Origin: an uncultured bacterium
GTDB lineage: Bacteria > JAJVIF01 > JAPKYR01
Length of the DNA stretch: 64,000 nt
Direction of reading: 5' to 3'
Assembly (NCBI GenBank): GCA_965369865.1
Contig: CBDURU010000001.1
Coordinates: 1 to 64,000 of the forward strand
The notes beneath the pieces are model-generated. The model saw only the letters and a list, made by a program, of their open reading frames with translations. It did not search any database and was not told the origin of the DNA. Position numbers and translations under genes: made by a program. Shown in pieces: positions 51,201 through 60,097 of this stretch (positions within the stretch are counted from its first letter, which is position 1; the number at the start of each line of letters is the position of its first letter).

Positions 51201-53108
51201 GGAAGGGGTACATCCCTTGTGGGCAGGAAATTGTACGATGTGGCAGGCTATTACGGCACACGCTGGTACTCTGAACCGAATGACAATAACTGTGGTGTCT
51301 ATTCAGCGATGGTGTCGGCATCCGAATACGAACATTTCCTTGAAACACACGAGTTGCCCCTGGCAAAATGGACAAAAGACGATAATTACATCGAGTCATT
51401 CAGCCCGGATGCTGGCGATGTTTGCGTTTTTTATAATCCGAACCGCTATACACATGTTAGATTCACTGTCTCACTGGCCGCGCAAATGCCGTCCGGAAAT
51501 CCCGCCATTGAACTTATATCCGCACCGATTTCGGCAAGGACCGGCGAGAGTGTTACGTTCGAAGGAAATGCCTCGGATAACCTCCATGTCGCTGCACTAT
51601 ACGTATCATTTGATAACGGTATTGATTTCACAGATATAACCGACTCTTACGACAGGGGTACGGGGAATTTCACATACACATGGAACACCAGCGCGCAAGG
51701 CCCCATCCTCTCTGGAGAATACCCTATTGTCTTTTGTGTTGGGGACTGCTCCGGCATGTCATCTCATACTGACAGGATATTTTTCACGCTCGAAGACGCA
51801 AGGGAATTCCATGACCAGGTTATTTTTCAGGACAATCCCGATTCTCCCCTGCCTTTATCTTCCTGGATGCTGGGGCCATTCACTGTCGGGGATAACGAGC
51901 GTTTCCTCGGAATTCAATGCGAAAGCAACGAGCCTGGTTTCGATGCGGACCTTTTCCTCTTTCATGACGCAAACGGTAACCGCATGCTTGATGGTATGAA
52001 CGAACAAATTGCGTCATCGACATCCCCGACAGCGGTCGAGACCATCCTTCGCAATGATCCCCAACCGGGAGTTTACTGGATATTCTGCCAGGGATGGCGG
52101 GTCGATGACCGGACAGATATCGACCTGTGGGAAGGCATCAGGAATTTACCGCCGGGGCAACTTCTGGCGCTTGACCCGATGGATATCGATAAAATGGTCG
52201 CGTACGCGTTGATCGACCTTTCCCTTTCGTTCGAATTCAGCCCGGCTTTCATTATCGATATCAACCCGGCCAGTGAGCTATGTATCGCCAATCCTGAAAT
52301 CACAGGCAGGTTCCGGGAAGGATTCAATATCGATACCGGTTCCTTCAGGATATCATCCGCGGGCGAAGACATTGCGGAAATTGTCCTTGTGGACGACGAA
52401 GGATTTATCATCTCGTTTGATGAATTGGCAATCGAGGAAGGCATCGAGTATCCGCTCCGGATCGAAGCATCGACAACAGACGGCCGGTATGACGTAGTTG
52501 AACTGACATTAACCGGTACGGTGCCCGAACGGGTCAGTATTGAACATTCAATCACCGGGGATGCTGAAAATATTTCGGTTGCGGTCCAGCTTCTGGAAGA
52601 TAGCGCATTGCTTGAAATGGCTCGCGCGAGAATAGATGAACTTCCATGGGTCGCGCTCGATCCGGATGAAACACTCGCATCGGCCGGTCGGGAAATTTCT
52701 CTCACCGGATTGGAAGAAGGGGAGCATAATTTAACTGTCGAATACCGGATCATGGGCGACGTTCTCGAATCGAAAGAACTATCGTTTGATTTCAATCGGA
52801 ATATTCAGCAGAAATTAATCAGCCTGTTGCCCGGTGACGGTTCGTCAGTTTACGACCATCGCTCGGTTCTTGTCGCTTACTTCTCCCTCGAGATCAGGGA
52901 GGACATCGGTAATGTAGCTGTATTCCTCGACAACGTTGAAATTACCGCCTCAGCAATCATCACCGCCGACGGCATTTTCTACCTCCCGGAGGATTTATAC
53001 ACAAAAGGCGAACACACCTTTGGCGTGATCGTAACTTTAACCGACGGGACTGTCATTGAGGCAAGTTCAACGTTCACAATCCTGTCAATGGACGACGAAG
53101 AGGAATAA
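48276..53108 (+). CDS. Large secreted protein: FG-GAP/VCBS repeats + transglutaminase-like domain + Ig-like domains
   Basis: Signal peptide; repeated DxNxDGxxDLxxG; GSCGEQA...EDHAWNEWW...WD Cys-His-Asp triad. Confidence 0.85.
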   Translation: MHKSYLRILLCLTTVILLVPQNSPAEIGSDPDPCETYTFEREIRLAPGEFYAVIYNNDRKEFTGTEPDRGYEGLPDSALRQVLRSPLWLREKFIDRLVDLYYDDIDVGDDAVPFFRDVNDDELRDLLVGNPDGEIKCFLAPYFRENQDFETGDIGTNAVAEGHGFSLTGAEDGSITVITDGEIDAQLQDNLNRIKVEGNSCPIFEDINGDYLPDLLIGSSDGTISVYENFGTKEKWWFVSFNTATDRRFDDDIGYLSSPRIKDVNNDGINDIVSGAKDAQGLRIYYGPDYTEPVGFNYDSANANRFDGAIVPALGDFNGDGRCDHAIGLEDGSIQVFITDQGNVSHCSENFSRGINVPGFATPCSADFDGDEICDLIVGAGDGKLHFFKGTGDGFEILHDVFDGIEFGEYPSPAGFDFNHDSRTDLVVGNRAGEIKVFLAPDWIEVERGLGLVNSGNFTSPAFGDLTGDNIPELLIGSIDGTFRYYEGRDASWTECYSWQFHQMFSGGGIEGYLERTHAEATLFRGMNDDEALDAFLEIFENSADEYFDEVVFAFSNIQTEMLRTMSRLNNADLLLENARAIYDFASRVKYANIREKGDYTTIEYVSEDGALMEMPRDIYYWWVVHPVVEYEIPARIDASYFRHDADFYGITEEEWTRKEITADEFEHTPDAYFWRTFLPVDRRYGMNLLDVVEPAENIREAAYLIADWITYSGSRTGRWNEYGLQSSDLQPLVIYEKNYGSCGEQAMMGVAFSRTALIPNAPVGCSGEDHAWNEWWMDGQWYQWDLSHAITGLGHPWNERRGHTGTPLLSITRRRGDGLVQNSTTRPVNPPGSNYNPDNAPGYTEVGRVTIRVVDEIEEPVEGALVVIRSKWNNYYRTSIWDYTDPEGYCYLELGNPATGSCVVDVITPLGNTGTEYFIVRENEECEYTYTLPGRFNGRILDSSSFGTRDSTLNNLEVSINVIEEEQRPQNFSTGRGTSLVGRKLYDVAGYYGTRWYSEPNDNNCGVYSAMVSASEYEHFLETHELPLAKWTKDDNYIESFSPDAGDVCVFYNPNRYTHVRFTVSLAAQMPSGNPAIELISAPISARTGESVTFEGNASDNLHVAALYVSFDNGIDFTDITDSYDRGTGNFTYTWNTSAQGPILSGEYPIVFCVGDCSGMSSHTDRIFFTLEDAREFHDQVIFQDNPDSPLPLSSWMLGPFTVGDNERFLGIQCESNEPGFDADLFLFHDANGNRMLDGMNEQIASSTSPTAVETILRNDPQPGVYWIFCQGWRVDDRTDIDLWEGIRNLPPGQLLALDPMDIDKMVAYALIDLSLSFEFSPAFIIDINPASELCIANPEITGRFREGFNIDTGSFRISSAGEDIAEIVLVDDEGFIISFDELAIEEGIEYPLRIEASTTDGRYDVVELTLTGTVPERVSIEHSITGDAENISVAVQLLEDSALLEMARARIDELPWVALDPDETLASAGREISLTGLEEGEHNLTVEYRIMGDVLESKELSFDFNRNIQQKLISLLPGDGSSVYDHRSVLVAYFSLEIREDIGNVAVFLDNVEITASAIITADGIFYLPEDLYTKGEHTFGVIVTLTDGTVIEASSTFTILSMDDEEE

Positions 53109-53277
53109 TACCTTGGTTTTATTCCGGATTCCCATCGCCTTTAAAAAGACCTGACTGGATTACAAGTGAATAAAATTCGAGATAATTCAGCCTGGAATAT
53201 CTTTCATCATTTATCCATGCATCTTATGAACATGGTCATGATATACTTTGTCCTAATTGGCAGGGAGGTGAGACGAT

Positions 53278-55164
53278 ATGGCATTACTTAAAAGCATTGG
53301 ACCCATTATTGGATTCCATCTTTTTTTTATAATCCTGATCGTAGTAGGATTCATCCGCTTCAGGAAGCCGATATCGGGACCTCTGCTTTCAGTTGGATTT
53401 ATCGGTCTCGCGATTTGTGTCTGGTTCTTTATGTTAACCACGTATATGTTACGTGACCTTATTAGTTTTGACAGCTACGTTAATTTAATGAGCCTGTTAA
53501 TTACGCCAATCGGTATTTTGATGCCTGTAATAATTATTCTTATGCTGTTAATTCTCGGTATTGTGAAACGAGATCATAAACATTCCGGTGAGTTCATGTT
53601 AATTGGTGGTGTAGGAGCCCTTATCGCGTTCGTAATTGTGATGATGACTGCTCCAAGCTGGATCCACGATCCTGCAAAGGTGAACCGGACAACCCCGGCA
53701 AACAACCAAGGTACAGGTTCTCTGGGTAGTGGTGATCTTATCTGGGTTCAGAGCGCCGGAGGAGTAGCTAACATTGAACAGGGTAACGGAATCACGACTC
53801 TTTCTGACGATTCTACAGTCGTGACAGGACAGTTTCGTGGAGTGGCCACATTCGGACCGCGTGAGCCGAACCAGCCGAACCAGACAGTCCTTTATTCCCT
53901 TGGAGGGAGCGACATATTCATTGCGCGATACAATCCGGACGGCTCCCTCGCATGGGCGAAACGGACGGGTGGTACTTCTGACTTTTATGAAGCAGGCAAA
54001 GGAATTACATCTCTTTCGGACAATTCGGTTGTAGTGACAGGTTGGTTTACCGAATCGGCTACATTTGGACCGGGCGAGCCGAACCAGACAATCCTGACTT
54101 CTGCTGGAGATAGAGATATTTTTATCGCGCGATACAACGCGGACGGTACACTCGTCTGGGCGAAACAGGCCGGAGGGACTTCTGAATATAAAGGTGAAAT
54201 GGGCAATGGAATTACATCGCTTTCGGACGATTCGATAATTGTGACAGGAATGTTTTATGGAGCTGCCACATTCGGACCCGGTGAATCAAACCAGACAGTC
54301 CTGACTTCCGCGGGTTTTGGCGATATCTTCATTGCGCGTTACAACCTGGACGGTACACTCGCCTGGGCAAAACTGGCCGGGGGAGCATTTGTTGATTACG
54401 GCAATGCAATCACTGCGCTTTCGGATAATTCGACAGTCGTGACTGGGAGGTTTGAAATATCGGGAACATTCGGATCGGGCGAGCCTAACGAGACAATCCT
54501 GACTGCCGCCCGCTATAATGATATTTTCATCGCGCGTTACAATCCGGATGGCACACTCGCCTGGGCAAAACGCGCCGGAGGAGCGAAGTACGATGAGGGT
54601 AATGGAATCACGGCGCTTTCTGATGATTCGACAGTTATAACAGGACATTTTGCAGAATCCGCCACATTCGGACCCGGCGAGCCGAATATGACAGTCCTGG
54701 ATTCCTCTGGCATTGGCGATATCTTTATCGCTCGTTATAACCCGGATGGCACACTCGCATGGGCGAAACGTACCGGAGGTGCTTATAACGATTATTTGGG
54801 TATCAATGAAGAATGGGGATATGGAATCACAACGCTTTCAGGCGATTCGACTGTAGTAACAGGAATGTTTGCAGAAAAGGCCACATTCGGGGAGGGTGAC
54901 CCGAACCAGACAGTCCTGACCACCGCTGGAATGAGCGATATCTTCATTGCGTCGTACAATCCTGACGGTACACTAGCATGGGCTAAATGCGCCGGAGGAG
55001 GATATTATGATTTTGGCTATGGCATCGCTACGCTTTCGGACGATTCGATAGTAGTGACAGGGCAAATTGGAGATTTAGCTATTTTCGGAGCGGGCGAGCC
55101 TAACGAGGTAGCCCCAACTTCTGCTGGAAATGACGATATCTTCATCGCGAGATTTGGACCCTAA
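53278..55164 (+). CDS. Membrane-anchored beta-propeller repeat protein
   Basis: About 4 N-terminal TM helices, then about 7 repeats of GNGITxLSDDSTVVTGxF...DIFIARYNPDGTLAWAKxAGG. Confidence 0.85.
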   Translation: MALLKSIGPIIGFHLFFIILIVVGFIRFRKPISGPLLSVGFIGLAICVWFFMLTTYMLRDLISFDSYVNLMSLLITPIGILMPVIIILMLLILGIVKRDHKHSGEFMLIGGVGALIAFVIVMMTAPSWIHDPAKVNRTTPANNQGTGSLGSGDLIWVQSAGGVANIEQGNGITTLSDDSTVVTGQFRGVATFGPREPNQPNQTVLYSLGGSDIFIARYNPDGSLAWAKRTGGTSDFYEAGKGITSLSDNSVVVTGWFTESATFGPGEPNQTILTSAGDRDIFIARYNADGTLVWAKQAGGTSEYKGEMGNGITSLSDDSIIVTGMFYGAATFGPGESNQTVLTSAGFGDIFIARYNLDGTLAWAKLAGGAFVDYGNAITALSDNSTVVTGRFEISGTFGSGEPNETILTAARYNDIFIARYNPDGTLAWAKRAGGAKYDEGNGITALSDDSTVITGHFAESATFGPGEPNMTVLDSSGIGDIFIARYNPDGTLAWAKRTGGAYNDYLGINEEWGYGITTLSGDSTVVTGMFAEKATFGEGDPNQTVLTTAGMSDIFIASYNPDGTLAWAKCAGGGYYDFGYGIATLSDDSIVVTGQIGDLAIFGAGEPNEVAPTSAGNDDIFIARFGP

Positions 55165-55361
55165 ATTCCCCAGGTGCCGGGTACAGACTAAGGGAGGCGA
55201 AACCGAACGTGTATGTGCCCGTTGAACACGTACCCGATTAAAAATAATTGCAGAAATAATATACGGGTTCCCGTGTTACGTTTCTTAAGGAATTCCTCGC
55301 GGTCCGGATCATCCCGGAAAACGCCCTGATGATTGTTACCTGCAACCGCAGATTGGTTCGA

Positions 55362-56708
55362 TCAACCTGTAACACTCCGTTCGGTAAACTTGATCCCCAA
55401 CCCTTCAAGCTCATCGAGGATAGGATTGTATATATCAGGAAGTACCGGGATATGCACTCCTGTCAACTTAATCTCGCTATGGAGGATCATACGTGTCGCG
55501 ACGGCAGCCGGAAGCCCGACAGTTCGCGCCATAGATGTATCGCCGTACGGAATTCCGAAATCTACCAGTGACGATGTAATCTTCTCTGTCCGGTCGGGAA
55601 ACTCAGCTTCAAACTTGTGATGCATCGCAATCATATCCCGTTCCCCAGGTTCATATTGGAGTTTCTCAAGGAAAATTCCCACGAGAATATCCAGAGGGCT
55701 CATTTCCGCGGCTGGAAGCGGTTTTTCATTATCGAACAGTCCCAGCCAGGTCCATTTACCTATTACCGGAGGATCCGCTGGTATATTGAACTTCGTTGAA
55801 ATTGCGGCTTCGAGGTTCCCGTCATTTGGGAATCCGCCAAGTTTAGCCATTAAATCACGATAAGTCATACCATCGAGACCGCTCAAGACCTCAATATCAA
55901 AAAGACCCGCCTCAGAGAGTTTTTTCCATGTCACGCAATGCCCCAGATTACGAAACGTACCGCGGTACATTGTCCCGACATCTGTCAAGCCGTATACATC
56001 CTGGTACGGCATACTGTCGCGATTGGCATACGCTTCAAATCCATCCTCAAGTTCTTCCAGCTTTACATGGTGGAAATAATCGAAAAGATTCTCACCGGGA
56101 ATTTCAACAATTTTTCCATCCTCAAGGTATTTCGCTGAATTCTTCGCAGCAAGGACCACACCCCTCGGGCTCCATGAAAACTTGTATCCCCAAGGTGTTG
56201 TCTTCGCCTCAGGTGCGGGAAGCCCTCCGCAGTACGACCTAAAGCTGGTAATCTTCCCCCCCCTGGCTTCGACATCATGGATAACCCGCATCGCAGACAT
56301 GTGATCAATACCGGGATCGACACCAATCTCATTGAGAATGATAATACCGGCATCTTTCGCGGCCTGGTCCAGTTCTTTCATCTCATCGCTCACATAGCTG
56401 GTTGTGACCATGAGTTTTCCATGCCTGATCGCGGCTTTCGCGACTGCCGGGTGATGCATAGCGGGAAGAAGGCTGATTGCAAGATCGTGTTTCGCAACAA
56501 GTTCGTCCAGCCCATCTGGATTCTCTTCAATATCAAATTGCACTGCTAACCCGTTTGGACGGTCCCCGATCAATGCATGGGCTTTTGCAAGGGTCCGGGT
56601 TGCGATAGTCAGAGAAAAACCTGGCACATCGAGGAGGTAATTTACGAGCGGACGGGTAACAAGTCCGGCTCCGAGAAGTAGAATTTGCTTGTCATTGTCT
56701 GAGGTCAT
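55362..56708 (-). CDS. Saccharopine dehydrogenase (SDH / Lys9-like)
   Basis: LGAGLV, NEIGVDPGIDH, SYCGGLPAP, YKFSWSPRG, RGTFR, MARTVGLP. Confidence 0.93.
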   Translation of the reverse strand: MTSDNDKQILLLGAGLVTRPLVNYLLDVPGFSLTIATRTLAKAHALIGDRPNGLAVQFDIEENPDGLDELVAKHDLAISLLPAMHHPAVAKAAIRHGKLMVTTSYVSDEMKELDQAAKDAGIIILNEIGVDPGIDHMSAMRVIHDVEARGGKITSFRSYCGGLPAPEAKTTPWGYKFSWSPRGVVLAAKNSAKYLEDGKIVEIPGENLFDYFHHVKLEELEDGFEAYANRDSMPYQDVYGLTDVGTMYRGTFRNLGHCVTWKKLSEAGLFDIEVLSGLDGMTYRDLMAKLGGFPNDGNLEAAISTKFNIPADPPVIGKWTWLGLFDNEKPLPAAEMSPLDILVGIFLEKLQYEPGERDMIAMHHKFEAEFPDRTEKITSSLVDFGIPYGDTSMARTVGLPAAVATRMILHSEIKLTGVHIPVLPDIYNPILDELEGLGIKFTERSVTG

Positions 56709-56740
56709 TTTTAAAACTCCTTAAGAGAAAATTCAAAGGA

Positions 56741-58054
56741 TTATGCGTTCAGAAATTCGTTAAGGTACTCATACTCAGGTGTAAGCTTTCCGTGATATAC
56801 GATCACGGACCGCTTCAATGGCTCGGGTAAATCGAGTTGGTCGAAACCCACCGAAAAATCCGCTTTCACAAGGTCGGGAATAAAATTTCTCAGCGTGCCC
56901 GAGAACCTTGTGCTCGCTTCCCTGGGAAGTTCGCACGGGAGGTTATCAACCGCGAGGATCACCGGACCGTTTCCTTTCACACCATCGATCGCCAGACCTG
57001 AATCGACATCGTAAACGTAGATCGGGTTTCCCGAATCGGTCGCTTTCAAGGAAACTTCAATAGCCCCTTCGACATCAATCGAAATGTCGCCGATCACGAT
57101 AAGTTTCGGATCGCCGGACGAATACATCTCCACAACTTGATCTTTAACCAGGAGACGCGGGTAATCATCGGTCCAGAAAATGCAGTTCATCAGGACAGTT
57201 AAATGGGGAATAAATTTACTGAAAACACCCCTGTATTTCTCTGGATTGTCATAGTAGTCCTGCAGCTCGAAAACCCCACCTTTTTCCAAAGGTTCAACCA
57301 TGTCCTTTTCGTAGAAAACCACCTTATAGACTTGCTTGTTCGATGAGAATGTATCGGGATTGGGATTTAGCAGTTCGTCCGGTGAAATTTCAATTACCGG
57401 CAGGTTGTTAAGAATTTCCTGGGCGCCTTTCGATACATTTCCGTAGCCCGCGAATCCGATAACCACCGGATGAATTTCATCGGCAAGACCGTTCGAAGCG
57501 ATTTCCTTCCCAACCGCTTCCAATGCGGTCTCGGCGAATGTAAGGCTGCGATATCCGGGTGCCTGCCTGACGCCGATAAACGGGTTATCGATTTTCATCT
57601 CGTTCAACCTTTGTCCGAGAGCCCAGAGAGTATCGATCATTCCGGCCTGCCCCGCTTCGCTCCCGAAAAATACCTGCCTTATTCCCTTCTCATCCGTGAT
57701 TTTTTCGTAATCGAGAAGGTTGCACTCGAGCTGCATCAGCCGTTTGAGTATCGGCATATTGTGCTCCTGGCCCTTGATCACATGGGAGAAGAAAATGTAG
57801 GTTTTGCCCCTCAGGAAAAAGTCGACGGGCATCTCCTTGATGCCGATAATGACATCGCAACCCGCCAGATCCTTGTCGGTACGGGCGCCGATCGCCATAT
57901 ACTCGGCGTCGCTGAATGCACGGTTCGGCATTGGCTGAACTGAAATCCCAACCCCCTGTTCCCTGATAAGACGACCAGCGTCCATGGGAACAATCGGCAC
58001 TCGCTTTTCCCATTCGTTCTTGTCCTCCAGACGTATCCCGATACGATTAACCAT
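56741..58054 (-). CDS. Lysine-ketoglutarate reductase (LKR; AlaDh/PNT fold)
   Basis: EDKNEWEKRVP, GIKEMP, FFSHVIKGQEHNMP, DYEKI, GYGNVSKGAQE, VDNLPCELPREAS. Confidence 0.9.
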   Translation of the reverse strand: MVNRIGIRLEDKNEWEKRVPIVPMDAGRLIREQGVGISVQPMPNRAFSDAEYMAIGARTDKDLAGCDVIIGIKEMPVDFFLRGKTYIFFSHVIKGQEHNMPILKRLMQLECNLLDYEKITDEKGIRQVFFGSEAGQAGMIDTLWALGQRLNEMKIDNPFIGVRQAPGYRSLTFAETALEAVGKEIASNGLADEIHPVVIGFAGYGNVSKGAQEILNNLPVIEISPDELLNPNPDTFSSNKQVYKVVFYEKDMVEPLEKGGVFELQDYYDNPEKYRGVFSKFIPHLTVLMNCIFWTDDYPRLLVKDQVVEMYSSGDPKLIVIGDISIDVEGAIEVSLKATDSGNPIYVYDVDSGLAIDGVKGNGPVILAVDNLPCELPREASTRFSGTLRNFIPDLVKADFSVGFDQLDLPEPLKRSVIVYHGKLTPEYEYLNEFLNA

Positions 58055-58191
58055 AGTGACATCACCTTGCCTGGTGTTGATTCCTTAACCACAAGGGATG
58101 GAATTGTAGCATCACTATTGGGGACTATCAATATTTGGAAATTCAGGGATTTTGTATATATATACAGGATGCCGGGGATTTGATTAATCAG

Positions 58192-58280
58192 GCAGGCGGG
58201 ACGCATGCGCTACGGGTTTAAGAATTAGATGTCCGTCTTTGGTACTCGGTTTAACCGTAGGGGCGCCGCTTGCCGTGCCC
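58192..58280. repeat. Divergent pair of GTAG REP-like hairpins
   Basis: gcaggcgggacgcatgcgctacggg (identical to the internal part of MITE copy 2) and gtaggggcgccgcttgccgtgccc. Confidence 0.7.
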
Positions 58281-58293
58281 TTGTCTCTGAGAT

Positions 58294-58710
58294 TTACTCT
58301 TCAGACCATGCAACCGTACCCTTAATACCATCCACTTTGACAATTGATCCATTCGGGATCAATTCAATCAAATCTTCGACAGGCTCGCAGACCAAGGCAA
58401 TTTCCGCGAGGATAGCTCCCTCGACAATATTCGGATCGGCTGGCTTACTTAAAACGATCGCGGCAGGCTGTTTTCCCATTCGTGCAAGTGACATAAGGAC
58501 CACGCATCCCCCCGATGACCCTTTTGTTTCAGGGTAGATCATTACTTTCCCGGTAATTGATTCCCCCTCGTGTTCATGGCCTTTCGCGATGATGACCCCG
58601 GTGTCCATGTCGACATCGCCAAGGAACGAGAAAGCGTTATGGCACACGAGGGCGGGGCCTTCGGCAAGTCTTTTTACAATTCCACGGGATTTTATTGATT
58701 TTTCAGGCAT
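58294..58710 (-). CDS. Aconitase X swivel (small) subunit, DUF126
   Basis: AEGPALV, FSFLGDVD, GESITGKVMIYPETKGSSGG. Confidence 0.88.
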   Translation of the reverse strand: MPEKSIKSRGIVKRLAEGPALVCHNAFSFLGDVDMDTGVIIAKGHEHEGESITGKVMIYPETKGSSGGCVVLMSLARMGKQPAAIVLSKPADPNIVEGAILAEIALVCEPVEDLIELIPNGSIVKVDGIKGTVAWSEE

Positions 58711-58739
58711 TCGAAATTTCGAAATATTGCATTTCCAAT

Positions 58740-60005
58740 TTAAATTAATCTCCCCTCGACCGCGCACCTTAAGCAATCATCCAATCTCCGAAATCCGGTT
58801 TTGCACCCGATCAGGTCGCCGACATATCTCGCCATCTTGGCTGAATCGGTCACCATCGCTTCGATCTGCGGCACCTTCAATCCGAATTCATTGCACGTCG
58901 AAATCCTCATATGGCTCTCGACAGGACATGTATCGGTTATCACGAGACCTCCGGCAGCTTCGATCGTCGATGTGAACCCTTGCCATGTCGCGAGCTGTTT
59001 TATCATTCTACTTGTTGTGACCCACATTCGAACATCCGGATGCACATTAACGTCATTTTCCCGGAACCATTCAGCGACATAACGAATTTGATCCAAGTTG
59101 TAATGAGGACAGCCGATCTCGACAAAATCGATTTTTTCTCCTGTCTCGATATTCGTCATTTTATCGTATGCGTTTTTTATGTCATCGAGGGTTACTACGT
59201 GAGTTTCTTTCGGCTCAGAATCCTGGAATGCTTCCTCTAAAGAATTCACCTCGGCAGTATGTGGCGGTGCATGGAAAAGCGTCACCGATCCCGATGTTGC
59301 CAGCGCAGCTCCGAGTGCCAATAGGTTGGTCTCGGTCGGAATTCCCAGATTATCAAACACCGGGACCTCGCTTCCCACAATATTCCCTGCGTGAAATCCA
59401 AGGGCGGAGTAATCGGAATCATCACGAAGTTCATCCGGAGTCAAATTTACATTGAACAGGTGCGTACCCTTCCTGTTCTCATCGAGAAGGTAACCCATCA
59501 ACGGATATTTCCCGGTCACCGCGGAATAGCGTGTAAAAACCCCTCCTCGGTTGGTCCTGGCCCCGAGCACGGAGTTGTAATAAATTATCGCCGACGATTC
59601 TACCGAAATAATATTCGAACGCTTTGGCGGGATAAATCCGCATAGCTGTGGAGTGCAGGTGTAGGTTCCGCAGATTCCCATTTTTTTATGGGCGTCGACC
59701 ACCTGGCTCTGGAGTTTGTAAATCGGTTCCGGAACGCCGCATTTATTCCATTGTTCGAGGTCACAGGCGAGTGTGGAGGTCGCGGTCGGGACTTTTACTT
59801 TCGCTCCGGTTTCGGCGTATTCGACAACATCCTCGACACTTCCCTTGTATATCGACATCTCGGCAGGATAAAAAGCATATGTGACATCGATGAATTTCTC
59901 CGCCTCGAATGCATCACCGAACTGCACGAGGTAATCCATTGCCTTCGCGATGGGATCGCCGTAGACTCCATCGAGCATTTTCTTTTCTTCGTCAGTGAGT
60001 TTCAT
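58740..60005 (-). CDS. Aconitase X catalytic (large) subunit, DUF521
   Basis: MKLTDEEKKMLDG, TCTP, ESSAIIYYNSVLGARTNR, LGAALATSG, GCPH, DTC, TDSAK. Confidence 0.9.
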   Translation of the reverse strand: MKLTDEEKKMLDGVYGDPIAKAMDYLVQFGDAFEAEKFIDVTYAFYPAEMSIYKGSVEDVVEYAETGAKVKVPTATSTLACDLEQWNKCGVPEPIYKLQSQVVDAHKKMGICGTYTCTPQLCGFIPPKRSNIISVESSAIIYYNSVLGARTNRGGVFTRYSAVTGKYPLMGYLLDENRKGTHLFNVNLTPDELRDDSDYSALGFHAGNIVGSEVPVFDNLGIPTETNLLALGAALATSGSVTLFHAPPHTAEVNSLEEAFQDSEPKETHVVTLDDIKNAYDKMTNIETGEKIDFVEIGCPHYNLDQIRYVAEWFRENDVNVHPDVRMWVTTSRMIKQLATWQGFTSTIEAAGGLVITDTCPVESHMRISTCNEFGLKVPQIEAMVTDSAKMARYVGDLIGCKTGFRRLDDCLRCAVEGRLI

Positions 60006-60015
60006 TTTAATAGTT

Positions 60016-60095
60016 CATGGCCCGGAGTGCCATGGAGCGGGAAATCATGCGCCGGAGTCACATGCCACAGTCACATGCCACAGTCGCATGCCACA
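60016..60095. repeat. CATG-rich REP-like repeat with 13-bp tandem GTCRCATGCCACA x3
   Basis: Read directly from the sequence; shares gccggagtcacatgccac with 2401-2418. Confidence 0.8.
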
Positions 60096-60097
60096 AT

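Noticed and set aside
53278..55164. Diversity-generating retroelement target
   Set aside because: No reverse transcriptase and no adenine-specific template/variable repeat pair.
55326..55360. CTGATGA hammerhead-like core
   Set aside because: No GAAA after the putative stem II, and no consistent stems I and III.
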